64,000 nucleotides of DNA. It comes from Bryobacterales bacterium. Lineage in GTDB: Bacteria; Acidobacteriota; Terriglobia; Bryobacterales; UBA6623. The DNA lies in assembly GCA_965242625.1 (NCBI GenBank), contig CBDEST010000005.1:2483767-2547766 (forward strand), written 5' to 3'. The notes beneath the pieces are model-generated. The model was not told the origin of the DNA. It did no database searches and saw only the letters and a program-made list of their open reading frames with translations. Each line of letters opens with the position of its first letter. Positions within the stretch are counted from its first letter, which is position 1. Shown here piece after piece: positions 1 to 9,845 of this stretch. A program made the translations under genes and the position numbers.

Positions 1-228
1 TTCCGATTGGCAGAAGGCAAGTATCTGCCCATTCCTGGCCGCGGCGAGTCCAAGGAGCATGCCGTGCATAGCGAGGTCCTTGGCACAGACCTCTACCTCG
101 ATGGTCAAGCATTGCGGCTCGAGAGTCCTGCGGCGGCCCCGGAAGTGCCGACGCTGAGTGCATTGGAAGCATTGTGGAAGGATAGATTGACGAGACAGCG
201 GGAGTCGGGAGAGGATGATCCTGCATGA
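1..228 (+). CDS. Uma2-family (PD-(D/E)xK, DUF820-type) endonuclease, type-A paralog, C-terminal part; 5' end outside window
   Basis: The frame is open from position 1. ORF 7..228 matches the C-terminus of the complete paralog 1830..2531 (RLA-GKY-PIPG-GESKE-AVHS ... DLYLDGQ-LRL ... SALE). Confidence 0.6.
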   Translation, partial: FRLAEGKYLPIPGRGESKEHAVHSEVLGTDLYLDGQALRLESPAAAPEVPTLSALEALWKDRLTRQRESGEDDPA

Positions 229-363
229 GCGGAGCGGAGACTGGGTCTGGTCAGTGCCACGCAACGGCCGAGGTTTCGAGAGGCGAGTGCCAATCTGGAG
301 CGGTAGTGCGCCGTGGGTCGAAGGACCGGGGGGTGCGTGGCTAAACAGGGATAGTCGTCAGGC

Positions 364-1341
364 ATGTATGGCGATCTGCAAAGCGTAAGCGGCCTAGCCG
401 CAGTTGGGAGGAACGGCGGTGGTGGGATCGTATGCGCTCTGCTGAACTTTCCGCCAGTGTTGGTGCTGGTATGGAGATTGGTATATGATGAGGGCGTGAG
501 CATCGCTCAGAATCAGGGTGAGAACCAGTTCATCCATGGTTTCTCTGCTGGATCCGCCGGGGTTGCCACCGAAGTGATCTGCGGCGTGGACCCCAGACTG
601 AAGGCGGATTGGCTATGTGACCCCGCACGCGCGTGGGGTGTGCGCATGACCGCTGTCCGATACGTGCGCGATGCGGTCGAGATTCACTATCGCCTCGAGC
701 GGGGCCGGACGGACATCTATCTTGATCGCAATGTTCCAGTCTTTCAAGGCGATGTTCGAGTGGACGCAGACTGTTTGGTCACGGTTGGAGTACCTCGGCG
801 GTTACGGAACTTCTACTGCGTTAGCACCGAAGGGCGACCGCCGGATTTCGCGCTAGACGTTGTCGGGTCGGTGCAAGACCCGTGGCGGGACTGGCCAAAG
901 AAGGCCGAGTGCTACGCAACCGTAGGGATGCGCGAATGCTGGCGGTTCGACATGACTGGCGAGTGCCTGAGGCCGCGCCTGCAAGGATTCCGTTTGGAGC
1001 GCGGGGAATACGTGGCGTTGCCTGCAACTGGGGAAGGCGGAGAGTTGACGATTCGCAGTGAAGTCCTGGGCTTGGAATTCCGATGGTGCAGCGAGCGGCT
1101 CCAGGTGAAGGATCCCAGCACCGGGCGGGTGTACCAGAGTTTGGAGAACGTGCGGGAGCTGCAGGCGCTGGAGGAAGCGGCGGAGCGCGGAGACCGAGGA
1201 GCTGCGGCGCGAGCGAAGAAGACTCGGCAGATGATTGCGGAAGTGATGGCGAAACGGGACGCGGTGCTGCAAGCGGTTTCCGGGAACGGAGCAATCGCCG
1301 GAGGCGCGGCTGTGCCTGCTGAGAGCAGGGGAAGCGCTTGA
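364..1341 (+). CDS. Uma2-like endonuclease, type-B paralog
   Basis: The last ~230 aa have a Uma2/PD-(D/E)xK layout (DCLVTVG ... PDFALDVVGS ... DWPKKAECYA ... GMRECWRFD ... LQGFRLERGEYVALP). A close paralog lies at 2721..3689. The true start may be ATG 646 (MTAVRYV). Confidence 0.6.
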   Translation: MYGDLQSVSGLAAVGRNGGGGIVCALLNFPPVLVLVWRLVYDEGVSIAQNQGENQFIHGFSAGSAGVATEVICGVDPRLKADWLCDPARAWGVRMTAVRYVRDAVEIHYRLERGRTDIYLDRNVPVFQGDVRVDADCLVTVGVPRRLRNFYCVSTEGRPPDFALDVVGSVQDPWRDWPKKAECYATVGMRECWRFDMTGECLRPRLQGFRLERGEYVALPATGEGGELTIRSEVLGLEFRWCSERLQVKDPSTGRVYQSLENVRELQALEEAAERGDRGAAARAKKTRQMIAEVMAKRDAVLQAVSGNGAIAGGAAVPAESRGSA

Positions 1342-1358
1342 CCGGGAATTGGAAGCTA

Positions 1359-1465
1359 GTGTCCTGTCTCGCAAGCCCTTGACCAGTAGATGCGGCGCGT
1401 GGCACCTTCGGCCGTAAGTCGAATCACTCAAGAATTACTGTGCAAGGATTTCTGAGACAGGACAC
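1359..1465. mobile_element. 107-bp MITE, copy 1 (TIR GTGTCCTGTCTC, TA duplication inside CTAG)
   Basis: Perfect 12-nt terminal inverted repeats gtgtcctgtctc/gagacaggacac are flanked by TA (1357-58, 1466-67) within C-TA...TA-G. The element is absent from the equivalent spacer after paralog 2721..3689. A second copy lies at 27166..27272. Confidence 0.75.
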
Positions 1466-1552
1466 TAGGGCAAATGCATCGTCCCAGGTCGCAAGCCCGC
1501 GGGACATGCTGTCGACATCCGACGATTCTCGTGCGTACAGGCCGCTCGGTGG

Positions 1553-1720
1553 GTGCAGTTCCGAATGCACCTTGGATGGGACATCTATCCTCGCCGACGC
1601 CGAAGATCCCGCCATCGAGGTCGAGTTCCCACGTTCCCAGCCGGCCGCCAGGACCGCCGGGAGTGTTGCCGAAAGAGCGGCCCTCCGGCCCTCCCGCGAG
1701 GGAACTGTGAGACAGGCTCT
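1553..1720 (-). pseudogene. Decayed copy of the last ~55-65 codons of the 30270..35171 lipoprotein gene family (d segment)
   Basis: My minus-strand translation is SLSHSSLAGGPEGRSFGNTPGGPGGRLGTWELDLDGGIFGVGEDRCPIQGAFGTA. The real gene ends GRFIGNTPSGPIGMLGTWQLNVFSELFGVGEERGPIQGAFGAELAP*. The remainder of the gene is not present upstream on the minus strand. Confidence 0.55.
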
Positions 1721-1829
1721 GTTGGTCGATCCGTTCCTCTATGTCGAAGCCTTGTCATGTCGCGACCACGCATTCGCCCCTCCTGACAGGAATCACTAAA
1801 CAGTTGCTACGCTGATTGGTCTCGACGGC

Positions 1830-2531
1830 ATGTGGCGAACGGGCCCGCCACTCGCCAAGCCAGACCCCAGTCCAGTTGTGAACGATCCCGGCATCAAGCA
1901 CCAGTTTCCCGCTTCTCTCGTGATGCAGGAGGCACCGGACCACTCGGCCGCGATCTTCCAGATACGGGACATCGTGACCCGCCATGTCCGAATGGCCGAA
2001 ATCCCTGAGGCCATCATCGCGTCCAACTTGTTGGTGCTCTTCGACTCAGCGGACAACTCGGCGCGCATTATTCCCGATATCTTCGTGGCGTTCGGAGCAG
2101 CCGAGTACTTGGCATCGTCGTTCCGCGTACCGAATGACCGGGACTTGCGCATGTTCGTCGTTGAAGTGTTGTCGCCGAGCACCCATGAGATCGACAAATC
2201 GACGAAGATGCTCAGTTACGCCGAGATGGGGGCGGCCGAGTACTGGCTGTTCGACCCGACCGGGAAGTTGCAAGTCACTCGTCTGCGGGGCTTCCGATTG
2301 GCGGACGGCAAGTACGTGCCCATACCCGGAAGCGGCGAGTCCAAGGAGCAAGCTGTGCATAGCATGGTCCTATCCATGGACCTTTACTTGGATGGCCAAA
2401 CATTGCGGCTAGCGAATCCTGCGACAGCAGAGGAGGTGCCGACATCGAGTGCATTGGAGGAATGCTGGAAAGAAAGTAAGGCGAGGGAGTCGGGGTCAGG
2501 GGAGGATGCGCCTGCGGGAGGAGAGCGGTGA
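1830..2531 (+). CDS. Uma2-family endonuclease, type-A paralog (complete)
   Basis: ATG at 1830. Motifs are HSAAIFQIRDIV, NLLVLFDSADNSARIIPDIFVAFG, FVVEVLSPSTHEIDKSTKMLSYAEMGAAEYWLFDP and GFRLADGKYVPIP, the typical Uma2 H / D / E-x-S-x(n)-K order. Confidence 0.7.
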   Translation: MWRTGPPLAKPDPSPVVNDPGIKHQFPASLVMQEAPDHSAAIFQIRDIVTRHVRMAEIPEAIIASNLLVLFDSADNSARIIPDIFVAFGAAEYLASSFRVPNDRDLRMFVVEVLSPSTHEIDKSTKMLSYAEMGAAEYWLFDPTGKLQVTRLRGFRLADGKYVPIPGSGESKEQAVHSMVLSMDLYLDGQTLRLANPATAEEVPTSSALEECWKESKARESGSGEDAPAGGER

Positions 2532-2720
2532 GTCAGTGGTCGATTCGCGGAACCCAAAGCGGAAGGCCATTCATCCATCTTCGTCGGAGGAGTGGGGCTG
2601 AGATCGGCCAGTGCCACGCAACAGCCGAGTCTTCGAGAAGCGAGTGCCAAGGTGGAGTAGGTGTGCGCCGTGGGTCTAAAGACGGTAGGGTGCGTGGCCG
2701 AGCGGGGATAGTCGTCTTGC

Positions 2721-3689
2721 ATGGGTGACGATCTCCAGATCGTCAATGGCCTGTCCGCAATTGGGAGCAAGGTCGGTGGTGGGATCGCGTGTGCTCTACA
2801 GAACTCCGTGCCGGTGCCGGTGCTGGTAAGGAGATTGGTATATGATGAGGGCGTGGGCACCGCTCAGAACAAGGTTGAGAACCAGTCCATGCGCGATGTC
2901 TCCGACGGGGTCGCCACCGAGGTGGTCTGCGGCGTGGACCCCAGCGTGAAGGTGAACTGGCTAGGCGCACCACCGAGCCCGCGGGGAGTGCGCATGACCG
3001 CTGTCTCATACGTGTGCGATGCGGTCGAAATCCACTACAGCATTGAGCGGGACCGGACAGACATTTATCTCGACTCGGAGGTCCGGGTCTGTCTAGGCGA
3101 TGTTCGAGTGGCCACGGACTTGCTGGTCACCGTTGGAATTCCTCGGCGGTTAAGGAACTTCTACTGCGTACGCACCGAAGGGCGACCGCCGGATTTCGCG
3201 CTGGACGTCGTCGGGTCGGTGCAAGACCCGTGGCGGGACTGGCCAGAGAAGGCCGAGCGCTATGCGGCTGTAGGGGTGCGCGAATGCTGGCGGTTCGACA
3301 TGACAGGGGAGTGTTTGCATCCTCGCCTGCAAGGATTCCGTTTGGAGCGCGGGGAATACCTGGCATTACCCTCGGCTGGGGAAGGCGGGGAGTTGACGAT
3401 CCGCAGTGAAGTCCTGGGCTTGGACTTCCGATGGTGCAGCGAGCGGCTCCAAGTGAAGGATCCCAGCACCGGCCGGGTGTACCAGAGTTTCGAGAACGTG
3501 CGGGAGTTGCAGGCACTGGAGGCGGCGGCGGAGCGCGGAGACCGAGAAGCCGGGGCGCGAGCCAAGAAGACTCGGCAGATGATCGCGAGAGTCATGGCGA
3601 AACGGGATGCGGTGCTGGGAGCGGTTTCCGGGGACGGAGGAATCGCCGGAGGCGCGGCTGTGCCTGCTGAGAGCAGCGGAAGTGCTTGA
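2721..3689 (+). CDS. Uma2-like endonuclease, type-B paralog
   Basis: This is a paralog of 364..1341 with the same motifs (TDLLVTVG, PDFALDVVGS, DWPEKAERYA, RECWRFD, GFRLERGEYLALP). An alternative start is ATG 2994 (MTAVSYV). Confidence 0.6.
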   Translation: MGDDLQIVNGLSAIGSKVGGGIACALQNSVPVPVLVRRLVYDEGVGTAQNKVENQSMRDVSDGVATEVVCGVDPSVKVNWLGAPPSPRGVRMTAVSYVCDAVEIHYSIERDRTDIYLDSEVRVCLGDVRVATDLLVTVGIPRRLRNFYCVRTEGRPPDFALDVVGSVQDPWRDWPEKAERYAAVGVRECWRFDMTGECLHPRLQGFRLERGEYLALPSAGEGGELTIRSEVLGLDFRWCSERLQVKDPSTGRVYQSFENVRELQALEAAAERGDREAGARAKKTRQMIARVMAKRDAVLGAVSGDGGIAGGAAVPAESSGSA

Positions 3690-3792
3690 CCGGGAATCGG
3701 AAGCTACGGCGAATGCACTCGCGCTAGGTCGCAAGCCCGCGGGACAGGCTCTCGACTTCCGACGATTCTCGTACGTGGCGGTCGCTCGGAGC

Positions 3793-3959
3793 GTGCCGTT
3801 CCGAATGCTTCTTGGATGGGCCCAGTATCCTCGCCGACGCCGAAGAGCCCGCCATCGCAGTTGAGTTCCCACGTGGCCAGCCGGCCGACAGGATCGCCGG
3901 AAGCGTTGCCGATAAAGCGGCCCTCCAGCCCTCCCGCGAGGGAACTGGAAACAGGCTCT
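3793..3959 (-). pseudogene. Decayed copy of lipoprotein-gene 3' end (d segment)
   Basis: ORF-track 3704..4402(-) contains SSLAGGLEGRFIGNASGDPVGRLATWELNCDGGLFGVGEDTGPIQEAFGTA, homologous to the C-terminus of 30270..35171. Confidence 0.55.
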
Positions 3960-3960
3960 C

Positions 3961-4199
3961 CGCTTCGAGGCCTCCGAGGGGCGGACGGAGGGTACGTGCC
4001 CATACCTGGATCTGGCGAGTCCACTGAGCAATCTGTGCGTAGCGGGATCCCACGCATAGACCTGTACTTGGAGGGCCCGCCATCGCGGCTCGCACGTCCC
4101 GCGACAGCCGGGGATGTAGCGATTCTGAGTGCATTGGAGGAATGCTGGAGCGAGAGCAAGACGAGACAGTCGGAGTCAGGAGGGGATGCCCCTGCATGA
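3961..4199 (+). pseudogene. Uma2 type-A remnant (C-terminal ~75 codons only; nuclease core deleted)
   Basis: GGYVPIPGSGESTEQSVRSGIPRIDLYLEGPPSRLARPATAGDVAILSALEECW aligns to the end of 1830..2531. It joins the d segment directly, at the same deletion junction seen at ~12626 and ~18100. Confidence 0.6.
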
Positions 4200-4890
4200 G
4201 CAGATCGGTGATCTAGCGGTCGAGTCGCGGAACCCAAAGGGGAAGGTGGTCCATCGACCTTTGTTGGCGGGGGGAGGCTGAGACTGGCCAGTGTCACGCC
4301 ACAGCCGAGGTTTCGAGAGTCGGGTGCCAATCTGTAGTAGTTGTGCCCGGTGGATCCAAGGACTGGAGGGTGCGTGACCAAACAGGGATAGTCGTCAGGC
4401 ATGGACGGCGATCTTCAAAGCGCCGATTAGGGAGAGGGTCGGTGGTGGGATCGCGTGCGCTCTGCGGAACCATGGAGGATTTTTCAACCTTCGGGCACGT
4501 AATCAAGAACCCGAGGGCGATTTCACGGTCGGTTGCGCTTGCCCGCTTCGTGGCCCGTGCGACAGTACTCGCTGCACTCGACGCCTAGGTGGACTCGCCC
4601 CGGCCGGCCGACTCGCAGCTCGAGCCGACGGAACTGTCGAGTTGCGACTGCGCGACAGGCATCAACGCCTTGACGTGGAGCGCCGCCTCCGGCGCGGCGC
4701 GGCTGTGCACCAAGATGCGCTGGACGGCGTACCGCCAAGGCAACCCGGATGACCGGCGGTGCGCGGATACTCCCCCGCGATCGCCTCGTGGAAGGGCGAT
4801 CACTTGCCGCCCGTCCGGCTCCGTTTGCGAATTCGAGGGAACCCGACTACCGGTCTCGCGCCCCAGCGTCGGAGTTCCTGCCAAGGGCAC

Positions 4891-5859
4891 TCAGCCTGCC
4901 GGATCAGGGGATTCCTCCGCACTCGGATCCGGCCCGGTCTCGCCGTCCCGTTGACCGGCCTGCTCTTGGTCGGGGACCGCTTGGCGCGCCAAGCCGGTTG
5001 CGTGCGCCGCCTCCGCCCGCCCGCCCGCCAAGGGACCCATCGATCCGGCGTAGCGCTCGACCACCTGCGCCGGACCCGGCTCGCCGTCAATCCCCGGCGA
5101 CGGATCATGACCCCGTCGCTGAGAGTGCCGTCCTGATCGCGGTGCCGCATCCTCGGGGACACTGCCAGCGCCCTCCGCCCTGCCCACGCGGTAGCTCAGG
5201 TCGCGGAGCGCGGATTGGATGTCGCGTAGCCCAGTTTGGGTGTCGCGGTGGCGCTCCTCGTTCCGCTCGTCGGACTGCTTGTACATTGCCAGCAGTTCCG
5301 CCTTGTCGCGAGCCCGCTGGTCGACGATTGACCGATGGCGTTCTGCGATCTGCTCCTGGGTCTGCTTGTACGCTGCCAGCAGTTCCGCCTTGTCGCGAGC
5401 CCGCTGGTCGACGATTGACCGATGGCGTTCTGCGATCTGCTCCTGGGTCTGCTTGTACGCTGCCAGCAGTTCCGCCTTGTAACGAGCCCGCTGGTCGACG
5501 GTTGCCCGATGGCGTTCTGCGATCTGCTCCTGGGTCTGCTTGTACGCTGCCAGCAGTTCCGCCTTGTAACGAGCCCGCTGGTCGACGGTTGCCCGATGGC
5601 GCTCCTCGCTCCGCTCGTCGGACTGCTTGTACGCTGCCAGCAGTTCCGCCTTGTAGCGAGCCTGCTGGTCGACGATTGCCCGATGGAGCTCCGCAATCTG
5701 CTCCTGGGTCTGCTTGTACATTGCCAGCAGTTCTGCCTTGTCGCGCTCCTGCCGGCGGAAGTGAACCTTCACGGCAATGCCCCCCAGTCCCAGGAGCAAG
5801 CTCACAAGCACGCCGAAAATCCACAACACTAGGGAACTGATGAAGATGCCTTGATCCAT
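4891..5859 (-). CDS. Membrane-anchored tandem-repeat coiled-coil protein (function unknown)
   Basis: ATG at 5859 follows GGAGAAGGAAG. The N-terminus has a TM helix (FISSLVLWIFGVLVSLLLGLGGIAV). About 6 repeats of 29 aa follow (AELLAAYKQTQEQIAERHRATVDQRARYK). The tail is Pro/Gly/Glu-rich. Confidence 0.55.
   Translation of the reverse strand: MDQGIFISSLVLWIFGVLVSLLLGLGGIAVKVHFRRQERDKAELLAMYKQTQEQIAELHRAIVDQQARYKAELLAAYKQSDERSEERHRATVDQRARYKAELLAAYKQTQEQIAERHRATVDQRARYKAELLAAYKQTQEQIAERHRSIVDQRARDKAELLAAYKQTQEQIAERHRSIVDQRARDKAELLAMYKQSDERNEERHRDTQTGLRDIQSALRDLSYRVGRAEGAGSVPEDAAPRSGRHSQRRGHDPSPGIDGEPGPAQVVERYAGSMGPLAGGRAEAAHATGLARQAVPDQEQAGQRDGETGPDPSAEESPDPAG
5245..5760. repeat. 87-bp in-frame tandem repeat, ~6 units
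   Basis: Unit starts fall at 5275, 5362, 5449, 5536, 5623 and 5710, an exact 87-nt period. Two adjacent unit pairs are nearly identical. Confidence 0.9.
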
Positions 5860-6773
5860 GCGATTCGCTTCCTTCTCCGACTCGGCCGCTGCAATCGTTC
5901 GTTGCCGCTCCGACCAGTGTAGCACAGCGGGCGGAGTGGCTCGAAAGCGATCCTCACGGCTTGGGATTTTTCGCTGTTCGGACGTGTAGTCCAAGGCCGT
6001 TTCGCGGTCGGGAGTCCGGCTTGGACACAACGGGATCCGTGCGTGGCTGACAGAACTCTCTGCAGTGCGTTTCAGCAAGCATCGCGCCGGTACCGGAATA
6101 CAACGCCGCTAATCCGGTTTTCTCGGCACGGTCACTTTCCGCAGACTCAGTCGGGCGGGCAGCGGCCGACGAACCGGTTCCATGGCGTGCGGTGCGCGTG
6201 GCGCGGCCCGATGGGGAGCCGCGCTTCAACCCGCTGCCGCGTGGGCGCCACGACCTTGGCTCCCGCGAATTCGGCGAGTCCCGTCTATGGCATGTCGCCG
6301 TGCTCGGCGAGTGCTTCGCCACGCACGTGGTATGCATGGCGATCAAACGAGAAGACCGGCGCGGGGCGTGCCTGGACGGGACGTTTCGAGAGCCGGGTGC
6401 CATTCGTGTGCGACACGTCGCCGTGCGCCAATCGCAGCATTTCCGTGCTGCGGATACTCGGCAGGACGGCCTGCAGCGAGGGACTGCGGTCCGCTCGTGC
6501 GCGGGAATCGGACACGCCGAGGTGTGCTGGACGCGCTACGCAGGGGCTTCCACGGCGTTGCAGTGCCCCGCAGCCACTCTGGATCGACGATGCCGTTAGT
6601 GCTGGAGGTCGAAAACCCTCTAGCAAGCCAGTCGAGACTGGCGGGCCAGAACATTGGAGTCGCCTGCGGAACTATGTGCCAGTGGCGGTGCTGCTGCGGG
6701 GATTGCTATGTGCTGAGGGCGTAAGCGCCGCTCAGAATGGCTAGGCGCACCTACGGACCCGCGGGGAATCCGC

Positions 6774-7471
6774 ATGACTGCGGTCACATATACGTGTGTG
6801 ATGAGGTCGAAATTCATGATCGCCTCGAGCGGGATCGGACGGACGTTTATCTCGACTCCGAGGTCCCAGTACTGCGAGGAGATGTTCGAGTGGACGCGGA
6901 CTGATTGGTCACGGTTGGAATCCCTCGGCGGCTACGGAACTACTGCTGCGTACGCACCGCCGGGCGACCGCCGGATTTCGCGCTGGACGTCGTCGGGTCG
7001 GTGCAAGACCCGTGGCGGGACTGGCCAGAGAAGGCCGAGTGCTACGCAGCTGTGGGGATGCGCGAATGCTGACGGTTCGACATGACCGGCGAGTGTTTGC
7101 ATCCTCGCTGGCAAGAATTCCGCTTGGAGGGCGGGGAATACGTGGCGTTGCCTTCAAATAGGGACGGCGGAGAGTTTACGATCCGCATCGAAGTCTTGAG
7201 CTTGGACTTCCGATGGCGCAGCGAGCGGCTCCAGGTGAAGGATCCCAGCACCGGCCGGGTGTACCAGAGTTTGGAGAACGTGCGGGAGCTGCAGGCACCG
7301 GAGGAAGCGGCCGAGTGCGGAGACCGAGGAACTGCGGCGCGAGCGAAGAAGACTCGGGAGATGATTGCGGAAGTCATGGCGAAACGGGACGCGGTGTTGG
7401 GAGCGGTTTCCGGGGACGGAGGAATCGCCGGAGGCGCGGCTGTGCCTGCTGAGAGCAGCGGAAGCGCTTGA
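6774..7471 (+). pseudogene. Uma2 type-B paralog, disrupted (frameshift plus in-frame stop)
   Basis: The DNA is collinear with 2994..3689 but split into ORFs 6774..7085 and 7082..7471. The conserved ECWRFD reads gaatgcTGAcggttcgac near 7065. Confidence 0.7.
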
Positions 7472-7616
7472 CTGGAAGTTAGAAGCCAGTGTTGCGTCAC
7501 AGCATGATCTTCGGGTAGATGGACTCGAGCTTGCAGCGTGCGTCGTCGAAGTTGATCGGCCTGTCGAGCGCGCGCTGGGGGCTCCATGTTTCGTGCTGAG
7601 TCGGGGATCGGAATCG

Positions 7617-8006
7617 TGTTAGCGCAAAGCTGAAATGTCCGGTTCTGGCAATTCTCAAATGTCCGCTTTTTGGAGGGAGCGCAGCGGCATGCCGGATCCA
7701 GTGCTACGACATCCTGGGCCAAGGTGCCTAGCGGGGCCGGGTACGCGTTGTGCGGCCGAGGTCTGCTGTTGAACTCCTGTTTGTCTTGTCGGACACTGGC
7801 TGGTTCGGCCGCAGCCAGCTTGAAGGCCGCTACTGCAGAAAGGAATACGGGGGTGCCTCCGTCCTCCGCCCCGCGAGGTTTCCCTTGGGCATGACGCGGC
7901 CCCGATGGAAGGGTCGACCGCAGCGGAAGGGATGGCTTGGAGGCCGCCCGGCAAACCGGACATTTCAGCTCGGCAGAAAAGCGGACATTTCAGCTTTGCT
8001 CTGACA
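7617..8006 (+). mobile_element. ~400-bp non-autonomous TIR element (MITE-400), copy 1
   Basis: The ~25-nt TIRs are tgttagcgcaaagctgaaatgtccg (left) and cggacatttcagctttgctctgaca (right). Subterminal aaatgtccg repeats are present. The body is shared with 13373.., 14393.. and 18854... Confidence 0.75.
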
Positions 8007-8048
8007 CACTCGTTGCCATGATCGACACGGATCGGTCATCATGGAGCA

Positions 8049-9626
8049 ATGCGCTCATTCAACACAACGGGACCAATGGTCGAGCAGGATCACTACTGCA
8101 TACCGCCATTGGAGCGCGTGGACTTGGATTGCGTGTTGAGTCTAGTCCGCGATCAGGAGTACTTCACCGTGCACGCCCCTCGGCAAACCGGCAAGACTTC
8201 TCTGCTGAAAGCCCTCCAAGACCTACTCAATAGCGGCGCCGTGGGCAGCTATCGTTGCGTCTATGTCCACTTGGAAGGCACCCAGACAGCTGGCCAAGAT
8301 GTCGGCCGGGCGATGCAATCGATCCTCGGTGGAATCGCCCTGCGGGCCCGGCTTGCACTCAAGGACCAATTCGTGCAAGAGACTTGGAGCGACTCGCTGG
8401 AGAGGGCGGGGCCCTACGGAGCGCTCACACGTGTGCTTACGAAGTGGTCCCTGGCCAGCCCAGAGCCGCTGGTGCTGCTATTCGACGAGATCGACGCCCT
8501 AGTAGGGGACACGCTGAATTCGGTGCTGCGGCAGTTGCGCTCCGGTTACGACAGAAGACCCGATAGCTATCCGCAAAGCGTCGTCTTGTGCGGAGTGCGA
8601 GAGGTGCGGGACTACGGGATTCACTTGGGTACGACGGGCGAGGCCGTGACGGGCGGCAGCGGGTTCAATATCAGCGCGGCGTCGTTGCAGCTGGGAGATT
8701 TCGGGCGCGCGGAAGTGGAGGTGCTGCTGGGTCAGCACACGGCCGAGACGGGGCAGGAGTTCGAGCCCGCGGCGCTGGAACGCGTGTGGACGCAGACGCA
8801 AGGGCAGCCGTGGCTGGTGAACGCACTCTGCACGGAAGCCTGCTTCAAGAGCCCGCAGGGGCGCGACCGCAGCCGTGCCATCACGGAGGACGACATCCTC
8901 GATGCTCAGGAAGTCCTCATCCAAGGGCGGGTGGGGCGTCTGCGCCAGCTCGCCCACAAGCTGCGCGAGGAGCGCGTGCAACGAGTGATCGAGCCGATGC
9001 TGAGCGGATCGCTAGGGCACGATATCTCCACCCATGATTACGAGTACGTGCGCGACTTGGGACTGATCGCCGCCGGCGGCGAGATGCGGATCGCCAATCC
9101 AATCTACGCGGAGTTCATTCCACGCGAGCTGACATTCATCCTGGAGAAGCTCTTGCGCCAGCAGGTGGCGTGGGACGTGAGCGGGGAGGGCGGCCTCGAG
9201 AGCGGCAAGCTGCTGGCAGCGTTCCAGCAGTTCTTTCGCGAGCAAGCGGAGTCACGGCTGGAGCGGTTCGCTTACAAGGAGGCGGGCCCGCAATTGCTGC
9301 TCCAGGCTTTCTTGCAGCGCGTCTTGAACGGCGGGGGGCGCATCGAGCGGGAGTACGGCTTGGGGTTCCAGCGGGTGGACATCTTGATCCGGTGGCCGCG
9401 CCCGCAGGGCATGCAGCGATTCGTGATCGAGTGCAAGGTCCGCAGGGGGAAGCTGGAGCGGACGATCGCGGAGGGCTTGGAGCAGACCGCTGGATACATG
9501 GACCGGTGCGGCGCGGACGCGGGTCACCTGGTGATCTTCGAGCGCGGCGAGAAGCCTTGGAAGGAGAAAGTGTTCCACCGGAGCGAGGAGTTCGACGGCA
9601 CGCCGGTCGAGGTGTGGGGCATGTGA
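8049..9626 (+). CDS. AAA-ATPase-like protein with C-terminal PD-(D/E)xK nuclease domain (AAA-ATPase_like / PDDEXK_9 type)
   Basis: ATG at 8049. The N-terminus NTTGPMVEQDHYCIPPLER and Walker A HAPRQTGKTS are present. The C-terminus RVDILIRWPRPQGMQRFVIECKV is a D...E-x-K motif. Confidence 0.7.
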   Translation: MRSFNTTGPMVEQDHYCIPPLERVDLDCVLSLVRDQEYFTVHAPRQTGKTSLLKALQDLLNSGAVGSYRCVYVHLEGTQTAGQDVGRAMQSILGGIALRARLALKDQFVQETWSDSLERAGPYGALTRVLTKWSLASPEPLVLLFDEIDALVGDTLNSVLRQLRSGYDRRPDSYPQSVVLCGVREVRDYGIHLGTTGEAVTGGSGFNISAASLQLGDFGRAEVEVLLGQHTAETGQEFEPAALERVWTQTQGQPWLVNALCTEACFKSPQGRDRSRAITEDDILDAQEVLIQGRVGRLRQLAHKLREERVQRVIEPMLSGSLGHDISTHDYEYVRDLGLIAAGGEMRIANPIYAEFIPRELTFILEKLLRQQVAWDVSGEGGLESGKLLAAFQQFFREQAESRLERFAYKEAGPQLLLQAFLQRVLNGGGRIEREYGLGFQRVDILIRWPRPQGMQRFVIECKVRRGKLERTIAEGLEQTAGYMDRCGADAGHLVIFERGEKPWKEKVFHRSEEFDGTPVEVWGM

Positions 9627-9742
9627 AGCCGGTCGCGCTCGCGCGGGAGGAGCGGCGGGGAGCGTTAGCCCGGGCGTCGGTCCCGGATGATCCAGACTGA
9701 TAGGTGGCAGATCTATCCGACCTGATGGTTGACACTTCCAAG

Positions 9743-9795
9743 GTGCCGGAGCTTGGCCAAGCTCCGGCACGGCACCTCCCCGCTGACGCGGGGAG
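9743..9795. terminator. Two hairpins between convergent genes (possible bidirectional terminator)
   Basis: A perfect 28-nt palindrome gtgccggagcttggccaagctccggcac spans 9743-9770. An 8-bp stem ctccccgc-tgac-gcggggag follows. Both lie between the 8049..9626(+) and 9890..10855(-) stops. There is no U-run. Confidence 0.4.
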
Positions 9796-9845
9796 GGAGA
9801 TCGCAGCTGCGAAAGGCGCTTCCGGAGCCAAGCCAGGAATCGCTC

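Noticed and set aside
105-503. Minus-strand ORFs recur in the Uma2 spacer (MPDDYPCLATHPP..., also 2384..2860, 3704..4402, 12312..13067 and 17964..18536).
   Set aside because: They recur because the DNA is repeated. The sequences are Pro/Ser/Ala/Arg-rich with no motifs and sit on the strand opposite the recognisable genes. I cannot exclude a real small gene, but nothing supports one.
5245-5760. I considered the regular 87-bp repeats as a possible CRISPR array.
   Set aside because: The units are contiguous with no unique spacers. They are in frame within a long ORF and encode a coherent 29-aa repeat. No cas genes are nearby.
5954-6744. Several 100-230-aa ORFs on both strands lie between the repeat protein and the Uma2 remnant.
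   Set aside because: I recognised no motifs, the frames overlap each other, and the composition is typical of non-coding high-GC sequence.
7655-7963. Conserved ~100-150-aa ORFs lie inside the MITE-400 copies (also 13338..13745, 14540..14836 and 18807..19250).
   Set aside because: The ORFs are conserved only because the DNA repeat is conserved. The frames differ between copies, and the Cys/Arg/Pro/Gly-rich composition is atypical of real proteins.
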